A stretch of DNA of 64,000 nt from an uncultured bacterium (GTDB lineage Bacteria; Krumholzibacteriota; Krumholzibacteriia; LZORAL124-64-63): assembly GCA_963727525.1 (NCBI GenBank), contig CAVSGO010000005.1, forward strand, positions 256,001-320,000, in the 5' to 3' direction. The notes beneath the pieces were generated by a model. That model saw only the letters and a program-made list of their open reading frames with translations. It made no database searches and was not told where the DNA came from. The position numbers and the translations under genes are program-made. This document shows positions 38,409-47,402 of the stretch, piece by piece. The first letter of the stretch is position 1, and each line of letters starts with the position of its first letter.

Positions 38409-39428
38409 GTGAATGAACGCGACCGCATGCCCGCGTTCCAGCGCAACGCCCGCCTCGAGAGCGTGCTCGACGTGCTCAACGGTGAGCTCGCCACCCTCGG
38501 CGAGCACATCAGCCTGCGCTACGACCAGCCGCACAACCCACCGGTGCTCATCCTCGGCTGCGCGCGCAGCGGAACCACGCTGTTGCTGCAGTGGCTCGCC
38601 GCCGGCGGCGACGTGACATACGCCAGCAACCTCATCGCCCGGTTCTTTGCCGCCCCCTGGATCGGCGCTCGCGTGCAGCAGGTCCTCACCGATCCGGGCT
38701 GTGCGTGCGGCGACGAATTCGCCGACCTCGCCGGCGCCGACACCTCGCTCTGGTATCGCTCCGATCTCGGCAAGACCCGGGGCCTGCTCGCTCCGAACGA
38801 GTTCTGGTACTTCTGGCGCCGCTTCTTCCCCACGGGCGAGCTGGCGCGCATCGACGAGTCCAGATGGGATCCGGCGCTCGGCACACGTTTCGCGGCCGAG
38901 CTGGCAGCGTGGGAGCACGTGACGGGCAGGCCGCTCGCTCTCAAGGCGGGTATCCTGAGCTGGAATCTCCCGCTCCTGGCGCGACTCCTGCCGCGCGCCA
39001 TCTTCCTGCACGTATCTCGGGAGCCACTGGCCAACCTGCAGTCGCTGCTCCTGGCGCGCCGCCGCTACTTCGGCTGCGACGATCTCTGGTATTCCCACAA
39101 GCCCGACGAGTACGCGGAACTCGCCGACCTGCCGGTCCCCGATCAACTCGCCGGCCAGCTCGCAGCCACCGAGCGGGCTATCGCGACCGGCCTGGCAGGC
39201 CTGTCGCCACAGCGGGTGCTCGCGATTTCCTACGAGGATTTCTGTGCCGACCCTGGTGCCGTCCACGCCGATCTCGCAGCGCGAGTGCGCGCGCTGGGCG
39301 GGCGCCATCTGCGTTCCTACACGGGGCCGGCGCGCTTCGAGGCCACGAACGGCCTGCGCCTCACGCCGGGGGAATACCGGCCGTTGATCGAGGCCTGGGA
39401 GCGCACGTCCGGCCTCAGCGTGGCCTGA
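38409..39428 (+). CDS. Sulfotransferase
   Basis: GCARSGTTLL 5'-PSB; HVSREPLANLQS 3'-PB; ISYEDFCADP. Confidence 0.88.
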   Translation: MNERDRMPAFQRNARLESVLDVLNGELATLGEHISLRYDQPHNPPVLILGCARSGTTLLLQWLAAGGDVTYASNLIARFFAAPWIGARVQQVLTDPGCACGDEFADLAGADTSLWYRSDLGKTRGLLAPNEFWYFWRRFFPTGELARIDESRWDPALGTRFAAELAAWEHVTGRPLALKAGILSWNLPLLARLLPRAIFLHVSREPLANLQSLLLARRRYFGCDDLWYSHKPDEYAELADLPVPDQLAGQLAATERAIATGLAGLSPQRVLAISYEDFCADPGAVHADLAARVRALGGRHLRSYTGPARFEATNGLRLTPGEYRPLIEAWERTSGLSVA

Positions 39429-40632
39429 GCTGACCCGTCGCGACCCGACGCACATGCCTCTGCTTCGCCTCGCGGTCGAGAGCCTGAACGGCGGCGGTCG
39501 AGGGGCGCCGAAGCAGATATCGCCAGCAGAGCGCCATCACCTCGCGCACCTCGTCGATCTCCAGCCAGGCACGTCCGAGGTTGAGCGTGGCGCCGAGATG
39601 GTCGGGATCGCATTCCAGCGCGCGCGACCAGTACGTCACGGCGCGCTCACGATCTCCGCCCTCCCACGTGAGGCATGCGAGATCGTCGAGAGCATCGACA
39701 TAGGCGGGGTCCTCGGTCAGGATCCGATCGAGGATCGCCATCGCGGCCTCCGCATCGCCGGCAGCCGCGAGCGCGCTCGCCCGCTGCCGCATGGTATCGA
39801 GGCGAGCCCACCGGACCGCGAGCTGCGGATCGAGAGGCCGCACGACCCACGGCGCACCGCGCTGCGGGTCGTATACGCCGGCCGCGGTGGCGTCGTCGCG
39901 CAGCACGATCCAGGCGGCGACCGCCGCCGCCATGAACGCCGGATCTCGCTGCACCTGGGCGTCGTGCTGGCGGAAGTCGCTCAGGGGGTCGCGGAAATAG
40001 ACGGCGTCGCCTCGCGTGAGCAGGCTCGTCCACATGTACGTGTCGCCGTTCTTCGGCGCCGCCCGGCCCGCGAAGCTCATGATGTGCGGCGTGTTGCCGG
40101 CGAGATCGGCCCGGCGGAACATCACGGTGGTCGGTTCGCCCACGACGTTGGTCTGCGTGCGCAGCATGCGATCGAGGAGTCCGAGCCCGCCGATCACGGC
40201 GTCGTCCCGGACGAGCGGCACGTTGAAGGACTGGTCCGGCAGCCGGTTGCCGTCGGCATCGATGAGACAGCGATAGGACGTGGCCAGCGTCACGTTGGGA
40301 TGGGCGTCGAGGGCGGCGCTCATGCGTGCCAGGCAGTCGGGCGCCAGGCGGTCGTCGTCGTTGAGGTACTTGATGTAGTGGCCTCTTGCGAGATCGAAGC
40401 ACTGCAGGTAGTTGCGCCGACCACCGATCGTGCCGGGATTGCGCACGAAACGCACCCGCGGGTCGTCACCCGCCACCTCGCGCACGATCGCAGCGATGGT
40501 GTCGTCCGGGCTGTCGTCACAGATCACATGCTCGAAATCGGGGCAGCTCTGGGCCTGGGCGCTGCGGAGGCAATCCGCGAAGTACGTCGCCTTGAAAGCC
40601 GTCGTGAGGATGCTGATCCGGGGTACGCTCAT
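39415..40632 (-). CDS. GT2 glycosyltransferase with C-terminal TPR
   Basis: ICDDSPDD; YLNDDDRL; VGEPTTVMFRR; TPR tail. Confidence 0.88.
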   Translation of the reverse strand: MSVPRISILTTAFKATYFADCLRSAQAQSCPDFEHVICDDSPDDTIAAIVREVAGDDPRVRFVRNPGTIGGRRNYLQCFDLARGHYIKYLNDDDRLAPDCLARMSAALDAHPNVTLATSYRCLIDADGNRLPDQSFNVPLVRDDAVIGGLGLLDRMLRTQTNVVGEPTTVMFRRADLAGNTPHIMSFAGRAAPKNGDTYMWTSLLTRGDAVYFRDPLSDFRQHDAQVQRDPAFMAAAVAAWIVLRDDATAAGVYDPQRGAPWVVRPLDPQLAVRWARLDTMRQRASALAAAGDAEAAMAILDRILTEDPAYVDALDDLACLTWEGGDRERAVTYWSRALECDPDHLGATLNLGRAWLEIDEVREVMALCWRYLLRRPSTAAVQALDREAKQRHVRRVATGQLRPR

Positions 40633-40717
40633 GAACACGGGCTTCTCCTCGCTGGAGTAGGCCCGTGTCCAGGCAAGATTTGCGCCAGCCAGGGGATCAG
40701 TTCCATGGTCGAGACAA

Positions 40718-41341
40718 TCAGCGGCCGTTGGCCCCGCAGATCGTGGCGAAGGCCCGGTGCACCCGCCCATCCGACGTCAATTCCGGATGGAATGCCAGGC
40801 CCAGGACGCGGCCCTGACGCACCCCCGCAGGCTCGCCATCCGGGCGGCGGCACACGACCTCGGCGCCGGGACCGACGTCGGTGATCCGCGGCGCCCTGAT
40901 GTAGACGGCCGCCAACGGAGCCGCGCTCCCACCCTCATCTCCGAACACCGCGGGCGCGAGAGTGAGGTTCTCGGTGAAGGAATCGATCTGACGTCCGTAA
41001 CCGTTGCGTTGCACGGACACGTCGAGCAGCCCCAGGGGTCGCACGCCGTGCCGGTCAGGCCGCGTCTCGTCCACCACGTCGCGAGCCAGCATGATCAGCC
41101 CCGCACACGTGCCCAGCACGGGGCGCTCGTGGGCGAAGTCGATCAGGGGCTGCCGCAGATCGTTGCGGTCGATCAAACGCGAGAGCGTGGTGGACTCGCC
41201 ACCGGGGATGACGAGTCCAGCCACCTCTGCCAGCTCGGACGCCCGCCGCACCGGGAGCGTGGACACGCCCACCGCGGCGAAGGCCTGGCGGTGCATGTCG
41301 AAGTCGCCCTGCAGGGCCAGCACTCCGATCGGTCGGCCCAT
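40718..41341 (-). CDS. pdxT: PLP synthase glutaminase subunit
   Basis: GVLALQGDF; PGGESTT; GTCAGLI; RNGYGRQIDSF; FHPELT. Confidence 0.95.
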   Translation of the reverse strand: MGRPIGVLALQGDFDMHRQAFAAVGVSTLPVRRASELAEVAGLVIPGGESTTLSRLIDRNDLRQPLIDFAHERPVLGTCAGLIMLARDVVDETRPDRHGVRPLGLLDVSVQRNGYGRQIDSFTENLTLAPAVFGDEGGSAAPLAAVYIRAPRITDVGPGAEVVCRRPDGEPAGVRQGRVLGLAFHPELTSDGRVHRAFATICGANGR

Positions 41342-41346
41342 CGCGC

Positions 41347-42252
41347 CTACCAGCCTCGGCTCGCGAGCTTCTCGTTTTCGGGCAGACTGGCCACGTCGAT
41401 CCCGCGCATGGCCTCGCCCAGGTTCATCGAGATCTCGAGCAGCTTCGCAGGGTCGTTGGCATAGGTCACCGCCTGCACGACGGCCTCGGCGCGCGGCTTC
41501 GGATCGTCGCTCTTGAAGATGCCGCTGCCCACGAAGACGGTCTCCGCGCCGAGTTGCATCATGAGGGCGGCGTCGGCCGGCGTGGCCACGCCGCCGGCGG
41601 CGAAGTTGGGCACCGGCAGCTTGCCCAGTCGGCGCACCTCGTAGAGCAGGCTGAGCGGCGCGCCCAGAGCCTTGGCCTCGGCCATCATCTCGTCGTCGCG
41701 CAGCGTCGTCAGACGCCGGATGCCCTCCTGCACCATGCGCATGTGGCGTACGGCTTCCACGATGTTGCCGCTGCCGGCCTCGCCCTTGGTGCGGATCATC
41801 GCCGCGCCCTCGCCAATACGCCGCAGCGCCTCGCCCAGATTCCGGCAGCCGCACACGAAGGGCACCTTGAAGTCCCATTTCCAGACGTGGTTGTGCTCGT
41901 CGGCAGGTGTGAGCACCTCCGACTCGTCGATGAAATCGACGCCCAGGGCCTCGAGCACCTGCGACTCGGCGAAGTGGCCGATGCGGCACTTGGCCATCAC
42001 GGGAATGGACACCGCGTCCTGGATCTCCTTGATCATGCGCGGCTGGCTCATGCGCGCGATGCCGCCGTCGGCACGGATATCGGCAGGGATACGCTCGAGC
42101 GCCATGACGGCTGAGGCACCTGCCTCCTCTGCGATGCGCGCTTGGTCGGCATTGGTCACGTCCATGATCACGCCGCCCTTGAGCATCTCGGCCAGGCCGA
42201 TCTTCTGACGCATCAGCTCCTGAGCCTTCTCGTCAACCCACGGGAACACCAT
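41347..42252 (-). CDS. pdxS: PLP synthase lyase subunit
   Basis: [48 protein letters not shown]-terminal RGW. Confidence 0.97.
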   Translation of the reverse strand: MVFPWVDEKAQELMRQKIGLAEMLKGGVIMDVTNADQARIAEEAGASAVMALERIPADIRADGGIARMSQPRMIKEIQDAVSIPVMAKCRIGHFAESQVLEALGVDFIDESEVLTPADEHNHVWKWDFKVPFVCGCRNLGEALRRIGEGAAMIRTKGEAGSGNIVEAVRHMRMVQEGIRRLTTLRDDEMMAEAKALGAPLSLLYEVRRLGKLPVPNFAAGGVATPADAALMMQLGAETVFVGSGIFKSDDPKPRAEAVVQAVTYANDPAKLLEISMNLGEAMRGIDVASLPENEKLASRGW

Positions 42253-42295
42253 CGCTCTGCCTCCTCGAAAACCGGGCCGCCTCGCCGGCGGCGGT

Positions 42296-43657
42296 TCACA
42301 CGATCGCCGGCGCCGGGGTCGGCCCGTGCGCCAGCAATCCAGCCAGGATCGTGAGACCGGCCGCCACCTCGTCGCGACCGGTCGGGGCACTCAGACTCAC
42401 GCGCACCGCCGCGAGTGCCGCGGCCTCGCCGACGGCGAAGGCCGACGACGGGGTGACCACGACGCCACGGGCGCGCGCTTCGCTCGCGAACATCTCGGCG
42501 CTCCACGGCGCCGCCAACTCCAGCCAGAGAAAGTAGGAATGCGGTGCCGTGCGCATCGCCTCCACCGGCAACAGATCGCGGGCCAGCGCCTGCCGCCGCG
42601 CCGCCTCGTCGCGCTTGCGCACGCTCACCTGCGCCGCCGTGCCGTCGTCGATCCATAGCGCGGCGATTTCCACCGTGAGCGGCGGCAGCGCCCAGAGCGT
42701 GGCCGAGACCGTGGCGACCACGCGATCCACGGCTGCGGCCGGTGTCGCCACGAAGGCCACGCGCAGACCACCGGCCACCACCTTCGACGTGCTCGCGATG
42801 TAGAACGTGCGCTCCGGCGCGAGCTGCGCCAGCGGCTCAGGCGCGGGCTCGGCCAGCAGACCATGCACGTCGTCCTCGATGATCAGCAGGTCGCGTCGGC
42901 GTGCCACGGCCACAACGGCGTCGCGACGCGCGCGGCCCATTGTCGCCGTGGTCGGATTGTGCAGGGTCGGCAGGCAATAAAGCACGCGAGCCCCGCTCGC
43001 GCGACACACCGCGTCCAGCGCGCCGGGTTCGAGCCCCTCGTCGTCCATGGCCACCGGAACGAGTTGGAGACCGAGCAGCTTCGCCACGGTCTTCAGGCCG
43101 GGATAGGTCACCGGTTCGCACATCACGGCATCGCCCGGCCGGCAGAGCGTGCCCAGCAGGATGGCGATGGCATGTTGCGCACCGCCCGTGATGATCACCT
43201 GTTCGGGCGCCACCGTCACGCCGTGCCGCGCGATCCAGGCTGCGCCGGCACGTCGGTGCCGATCGGTGCCGCCGCCGGGAAGGTACGAGAGCAACTCGTG
43301 CAGATCGTCGCGGCGCGCGAGAGTGCGCAGAGCGTCACCCAGATCGGGGTCCTCGGCATACAGCGGCAGGTTGAGCCCCAGATCGATCGGCCCCGCCGCC
43401 GCCAGCGCGGCCGCCGTCGGCCCCACGAAGGTGCCACGCCCCACCTCGCCGTGGACGAGACCGTGCCGCTCCGCCTCGGCGTACGCGCGCGTCACCGTGC
43501 CGACCGTCAGTCCCAGGGTCTCGGCGAGGTCGCGGTGCGTGGGCAGACGATCACCCGCAGCGAGCCGCCCCGAGCGCACATCGGCCGCGAGGCAGTTGGC
43601 GATCGCGAGGTAACGCGGTCCGGCGATTTCGTCGATCTCGGGCGTCCATATTGTCAT
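42296..43657 (-). CDS. MocR/GabR-family PLP-dependent transcriptional regulator (PdxR-like by context)
   Basis: GntR wHTH (RLPTHRDLA...TVTRAY...GRGTFV) plus class I aminotransferase domain ([11 protein letters not shown]); directly upstream of pdxS-pdxT. Confidence 0.92.
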   Translation of the reverse strand: MTIWTPEIDEIAGPRYLAIANCLAADVRSGRLAAGDRLPTHRDLAETLGLTVGTVTRAYAEAERHGLVHGEVGRGTFVGPTAAALAAAGPIDLGLNLPLYAEDPDLGDALRTLARRDDLHELLSYLPGGGTDRHRRAGAAWIARHGVTVAPEQVIITGGAQHAIAILLGTLCRPGDAVMCEPVTYPGLKTVAKLLGLQLVPVAMDDEGLEPGALDAVCRASGARVLYCLPTLHNPTTATMGRARRDAVVAVARRRDLLIIEDDVHGLLAEPAPEPLAQLAPERTFYIASTSKVVAGGLRVAFVATPAAAVDRVVATVSATLWALPPLTVEIAALWIDDGTAAQVSVRKRDEAARRQALARDLLPVEAMRTAPHSYFLWLELAAPWSAEMFASEARARGVVVTPSSAFAVGEAAALAAVRVSLSAPTGRDEVAAGLTILAGLLAHGPTPAPAIV

Positions 43658-43712
43658 AATAAATAAAGGATAATTGCAGCAATTGTTTAGGTCAAGTCGA
43701 TTGATACAATTT
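43650..43712. promoter_or_regulatory. AT-rich promoter/operator with repeated ATTGT/ACAAT half-sites
   Basis: ATTGTCAT overlaps the regulator start codon; AATTGTTT and ATTGATACAAT upstream. Confidence 0.55.
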
Positions 43713-43889
43713 ACGGACGCCCCGAGCTCCCACAGGCTTGACTAAAGTTCCGGCGATGAAAGTCGATCTCCGTTTGCACTATCACCCGCGACGGCGGCTG
43801 ATGACTCCCGCCAATCGGACGGGAACGCCGCATCAGAGCCAATGTCGCGCCCGCGAACCGTCGGCGGCGATGAGCAAGAGGACTCGACC

Positions 43890-45536
43890 ATGAAGATTAG
43901 CACCAAGATGGCAGCCCTGATCGTGATCCCGATCGTGGCACTGCTGGCTTTCAGCGTGTTCTCGTATTTCACGAACCAGGCAGTCAGCAAGGGTGGAACT
44001 GCTACGAGCCTTGACAAGGACCTCACGGCCGACGTGCTACCGCCGCCGGAGTACCTTGTCGAATCGTATCTCGTCGTGTTGCAGATGGCGTCGCTGACGG
44101 ATCCGTCCGCACTGGCCGAGCTCGAGCAACGCGGCGTGCAGCTACGGGCGGACTATCTCGACAGGCACGCCTTCTGGGACCAGACTCTCCCGCCAGGCGC
44201 CCTGCGCCAGGCCCTGCTCACCGACTCGTACCAGCCGGGTCTCGCGTTCCTCGATCTCCGGGACCGGAAATTCATTCCGCTCCTCCACGAGGGCCGGCAA
44301 GACGAAGCGCGCAATCTCGTGCTCGGCCAGATGTCCGATCTGTACCGGCAGCACCGAGCGGCGATCGACCAGGTCGTCACGCTCGCCGGCCAGCAGTGGG
44401 AGACCGACCAGGCGCGGATCGATCGCATGACTCGCATCAGCAACTGGCTCGCCCTGCTCGGACCGGTCATCATGACGCTGGGTCTCGGACTGCTGGGCTG
44501 GCGCGTGAGCCGCGGCATCACCGAACCGATTCGCCGGATCATCGATCAACTCGCAGCCGGTTCTGACCAGACCTCGGCGGCCGCCAACCAGCTCGCCGGA
44601 TCCAGCCAGTCTCTGGCCGAGGGCGCGAGTCAGCAGGCCGCCGCACTCGAGGAGACCGGCAGCAATGTCGAGGAGATCACGGCAACCATCCGGCAGACGG
44701 CCGAGAACGCCGCCCAGGCCAAGGCCCTCTCGGAGGGCGCCACGACCGCCGCCGACAAAGGCGCCGACGCCATGGCGCGCATGTCCAGGGCCATCGACGA
44801 CATCAAGTCCTCCAGTGACGAGACGGCCAAGATCATCAAGACCATCGACGAGATCGCGTTTCAGACCAATCTCCTGGCGCTGAATGCCGCCGTGGAAGCG
44901 GCTCGCGCCGGCGAGTCCGGCAGAGGTTTCGCCGTGGTCGCCGAGGAGGTCCGCAACCTCGCGCAGCGCTCGGCCGAGGCTGCACGCAATACGGCCGGAA
45001 TGATCGACACCGCCGTCAAGAACGCCGACAATGGCGTCACGATCTCGCACGAGGTCGGCAGCGCGCTGCAGGATATCGCGGCGGGCAACCGTAAGGTCCA
45101 CGACCTCGTCGGCGAGATCGCCACCGCTTGCCTGGAGCAGACGCAGGGCATCGCGCAGATCGCAACCGCGGTCAGCCAGGTGAACGAGGTCACGCAGCGC
45201 AACACCGCGGACTCCGAGGAGTCGGCCTCGTCCAGTGAGGAACTCTCAGCCCAGGCCGAAGAGCTCAAGCATACAGTCCACGGGCTCGAGGTCATGGTTT
45301 CGGGGGCGACGACCGGCACTTCGTCGGTCGCGCGCGGCGGCACCCCCCACGCAGGCAACCGCCCTGTCGCCCGCAATTCGGAATCGAAAGCCGCGCCATT
45401 CCAGCCCGCATCACACCGGGACGTCACCCAGGGCGTCGGCAGCCGCAAGCAGCGCAATGTCAGCCAGGGCACACCCCGGGCCTGCGAGGTGCTTCCGCTC
45501 GACGACGACGACGTCCTCGACGAACTGACGGTCTAG
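43890..45536 (+). CDS. Methyl-accepting chemotaxis protein
   Basis: Two TM helices around a 4-helix sensor; [34 protein letters not shown] signalling hairpin. Confidence 0.96.
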   Translation: MKISTKMAALIVIPIVALLAFSVFSYFTNQAVSKGGTATSLDKDLTADVLPPPEYLVESYLVVLQMASLTDPSALAELEQRGVQLRADYLDRHAFWDQTLPPGALRQALLTDSYQPGLAFLDLRDRKFIPLLHEGRQDEARNLVLGQMSDLYRQHRAAIDQVVTLAGQQWETDQARIDRMTRISNWLALLGPVIMTLGLGLLGWRVSRGITEPIRRIIDQLAAGSDQTSAAANQLAGSSQSLAEGASQQAAALEETGSNVEEITATIRQTAENAAQAKALSEGATTAADKGADAMARMSRAIDDIKSSSDETAKIIKTIDEIAFQTNLLALNAAVEAARAGESGRGFAVVAEEVRNLAQRSAEAARNTAGMIDTAVKNADNGVTISHEVGSALQDIAAGNRKVHDLVGEIATACLEQTQGIAQIATAVSQVNEVTQRNTADSEESASSSEELSAQAEELKHTVHGLEVMVSGATTGTSSVARGGTPHAGNRPVARNSESKAAPFQPASHRDVTQGVGSRKQRNVSQGTPRACEVLPLDDDDVLDELTV

Positions 45537-45622
45537 GTCGCCCCGCGGACTGCGGGTCGGTGGGTCACCGTTGTACGGATCACGGCCCCGGGTACGGCTC
45601 GCCCGGGGCCATGAATCATTTG

Positions 45623-46848
45623 GGTTGTGCCGTCGAAAATGTGTCCGGCCTCCGGCTTGCCCTGGCCGGGGCCATGTCATGCATCGAATCCCACCACTCC
45701 AGCTGGTTGCCTCCCTTCTGCCCCAACCATCACTGCCAGTTCCACAGCGAACTCCAGCCAGGCTGGCGCTTCAAACGCATCGGCTTCTTCACCCGCCAGG
45801 CCCATCCCCACCGTATCCCCAGGTTTCTCTGCCTACACTGCCGTGTCTCCTTCAGTTCACAGACCTTCTCCCCGGACTACTGGCTCAAGCGACCAGATAT
45901 CCTCCCGCAACTCATGACCAAGACCTGCGGCGCCATGGCCAATCGCCAGGCCGCCCGTGATCTCGGCGTCTGCCCCACCACCGTCAACCGCCAGCTCGAC
46001 CGCCTCGGTCGCCATTGTCTGCTCTTCTTCGCCCAGGAGATGCCGACGGCTCCGCCCCCCGCAGACATCGTCATCGACGGACTCGAGACCTTCGAACTCA
46101 GCCAGTACTTCCCCTTCCACCACAACGTCGCCGTCGACGCGAAGTCGGGGCTGATCCGGGGCTTCACCGACAGCCCGCTGCGCCGCAAGGGTCGCATGAC
46201 GGCCTACCAGAAGCGTCGTCGCCAGGATCTCGAAGAGCATTTCGGCCGACCGGACCCCAAGGCGGTGCAGAAGGGCATTCGCGACTTGCTGGCGATGGTG
46301 CTCGAGAAGTGTGAACGGCTGGTGACGGTCCGCAGCGACGATCACCCCGCCTACAAGCGTGCCATCGCGAGTCTGCCTCATCGAATCCGGCACGAGGTGA
46401 CGAACTCGAAGGAACGCCGGGACAAGGACAATCCGTTGTGGGAGGCAAATTTGCTGGACTTGATCTTGCGGCATGCGAGCGCGAATCACCGTCGGGAGAC
46501 GATCGCGTGGTCGAAGCGGAGGCAGGGGTCGACGTACCGCCTGGCGATCCTGGCGGTCTGGCGCAACTGGGTGCAGTCACGGTGGGTGAAGCGGCCAGGC
46601 GAGACGCCGGCGATGGCCGCGGGCCTGGTCGATCGGCCGCTCGCTGTGGAGGAAATCCTGGGGAAACGGTTGTTTCCCAGCAAGGTGGAGTTGTCGCCGC
46701 TCTGGGAGGAGTACTACTGGAAACGGGTGGAGACCCCGGCATTGGGCGTGAATCGGCGGCATGAGTTGACGTTCGCGAGGTGAGGGGCGAACAAACGCGG
46801 CCGGCGAATTCGGCCGCCGGCCGCGGACACAATTTCGACGGCACAACC
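45623..46848 (+). mobile_element. IS1-like insertion sequence, copy B (divergent from copy A)
   Basis: Inverted repeats GGTTGTGCCGTCGAAAATGTGTCC (45623-45646) and GGACACAATTTCGACGGCACAACC (46825-46848), 23/24 match. Confidence 0.85.
45674..46783 (+). CDS. IS1-like transposase, paralogue of 513-1622
   Basis: Colinear motifs: CPNHHC...CLHC, YWLKR, RLGRHC, IDGLETFELSQYFP, RSDDHPAY, EANLLDLILRH, RETIAWSKRRQ, YYWKRVET. Confidence 0.82.
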   Translation: MSCIESHHSSWLPPFCPNHHCQFHSELQPGWRFKRIGFFTRQAHPHRIPRFLCLHCRVSFSSQTFSPDYWLKRPDILPQLMTKTCGAMANRQAARDLGVCPTTVNRQLDRLGRHCLLFFAQEMPTAPPPADIVIDGLETFELSQYFPFHHNVAVDAKSGLIRGFTDSPLRRKGRMTAYQKRRRQDLEEHFGRPDPKAVQKGIRDLLAMVLEKCERLVTVRSDDHPAYKRAIASLPHRIRHEVTNSKERRDKDNPLWEANLLDLILRHASANHRRETIAWSKRRQGSTYRLAILAVWRNWVQSRWVKRPGETPAMAAGLVDRPLAVEEILGKRLFPSKVELSPLWEEYYWKRVETPALGVNRRHELTFAR

Positions 46849-47025
46849 ATCGGCACCCGGGACCGCCGCACCCACATTCCGGGGGCGAGACCAGCACACC
46901 CCGCGTCGCATCAACTTCTATCTATAAAGCACTCCACAAATAAACCAACGATTACTCTTGACACGCAGAATTTAACCATATTAGCTTCACCTTACGAAGT
47001 AAAATACGTCAAAGACTGGGGCACC

Positions 47026-47373
47026 ATGCACGTCCGCGACCTCGACGAGAACCTGAGCGCCACAGCCCGACTGGCCGTGTTGACGACGCTCTTTCCGGGA
47101 GAGCCGGTGAGTTTTTCCGATCTGAAGACCCGTACAGGCATTGCGGACGGTAACCTCCATGTGCAGACCCGGCGCCTGGCCAGCGCTGGTTTACTTTCGA
47201 TCACGAAGTTGCCTACCGGCAAACGCACCCAGACGATGTTCCGGATCACGGACGACGGCGTCGTACGCCTACGCATCCAGGTGCAGCGGCTGGTGGCGGT
47301 GGTGACCGGCGACGAGGGTGCCATCTTGCCGCAAGCCGCGCGGGAACGTTACGACGAATCGCGGGTCTGGTAG
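47026..47373 (+). CDS. Winged-helix transcriptional regulator (MarR/ArsR-like)
   Basis: ARLAVL...[28 protein letters not shown]...FRITDDG; ends 29 bp before the BMC operon. Confidence 0.82.
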   Translation: MHVRDLDENLSATARLAVLTTLFPGEPVSFSDLKTRTGIADGNLHVQTRRLASAGLLSITKLPTGKRTQTMFRITDDGVVRLRIQVQRLVAVVTGDEGAILPQAARERYDESRVW

Positions 47374-47402
47374 CCAGCTCCGCGGAACCGAGGCGACCCA
47401 GC

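Noticed and set aside
40718-41989. Apparent 423-aa extended PdxT or PdxS-PdxT fusion
   Set aside because: The extension is an off-frame read through pdxS; PdxT starts at ATG 41341 after the pdxS stop.
1687-45622. Composite transposon bounded by the two IS copies
   Set aside because: The copies are clearly divergent in sequence and ends, and the 44 kb between them holds ordinary chromosomal genes of host-like composition.
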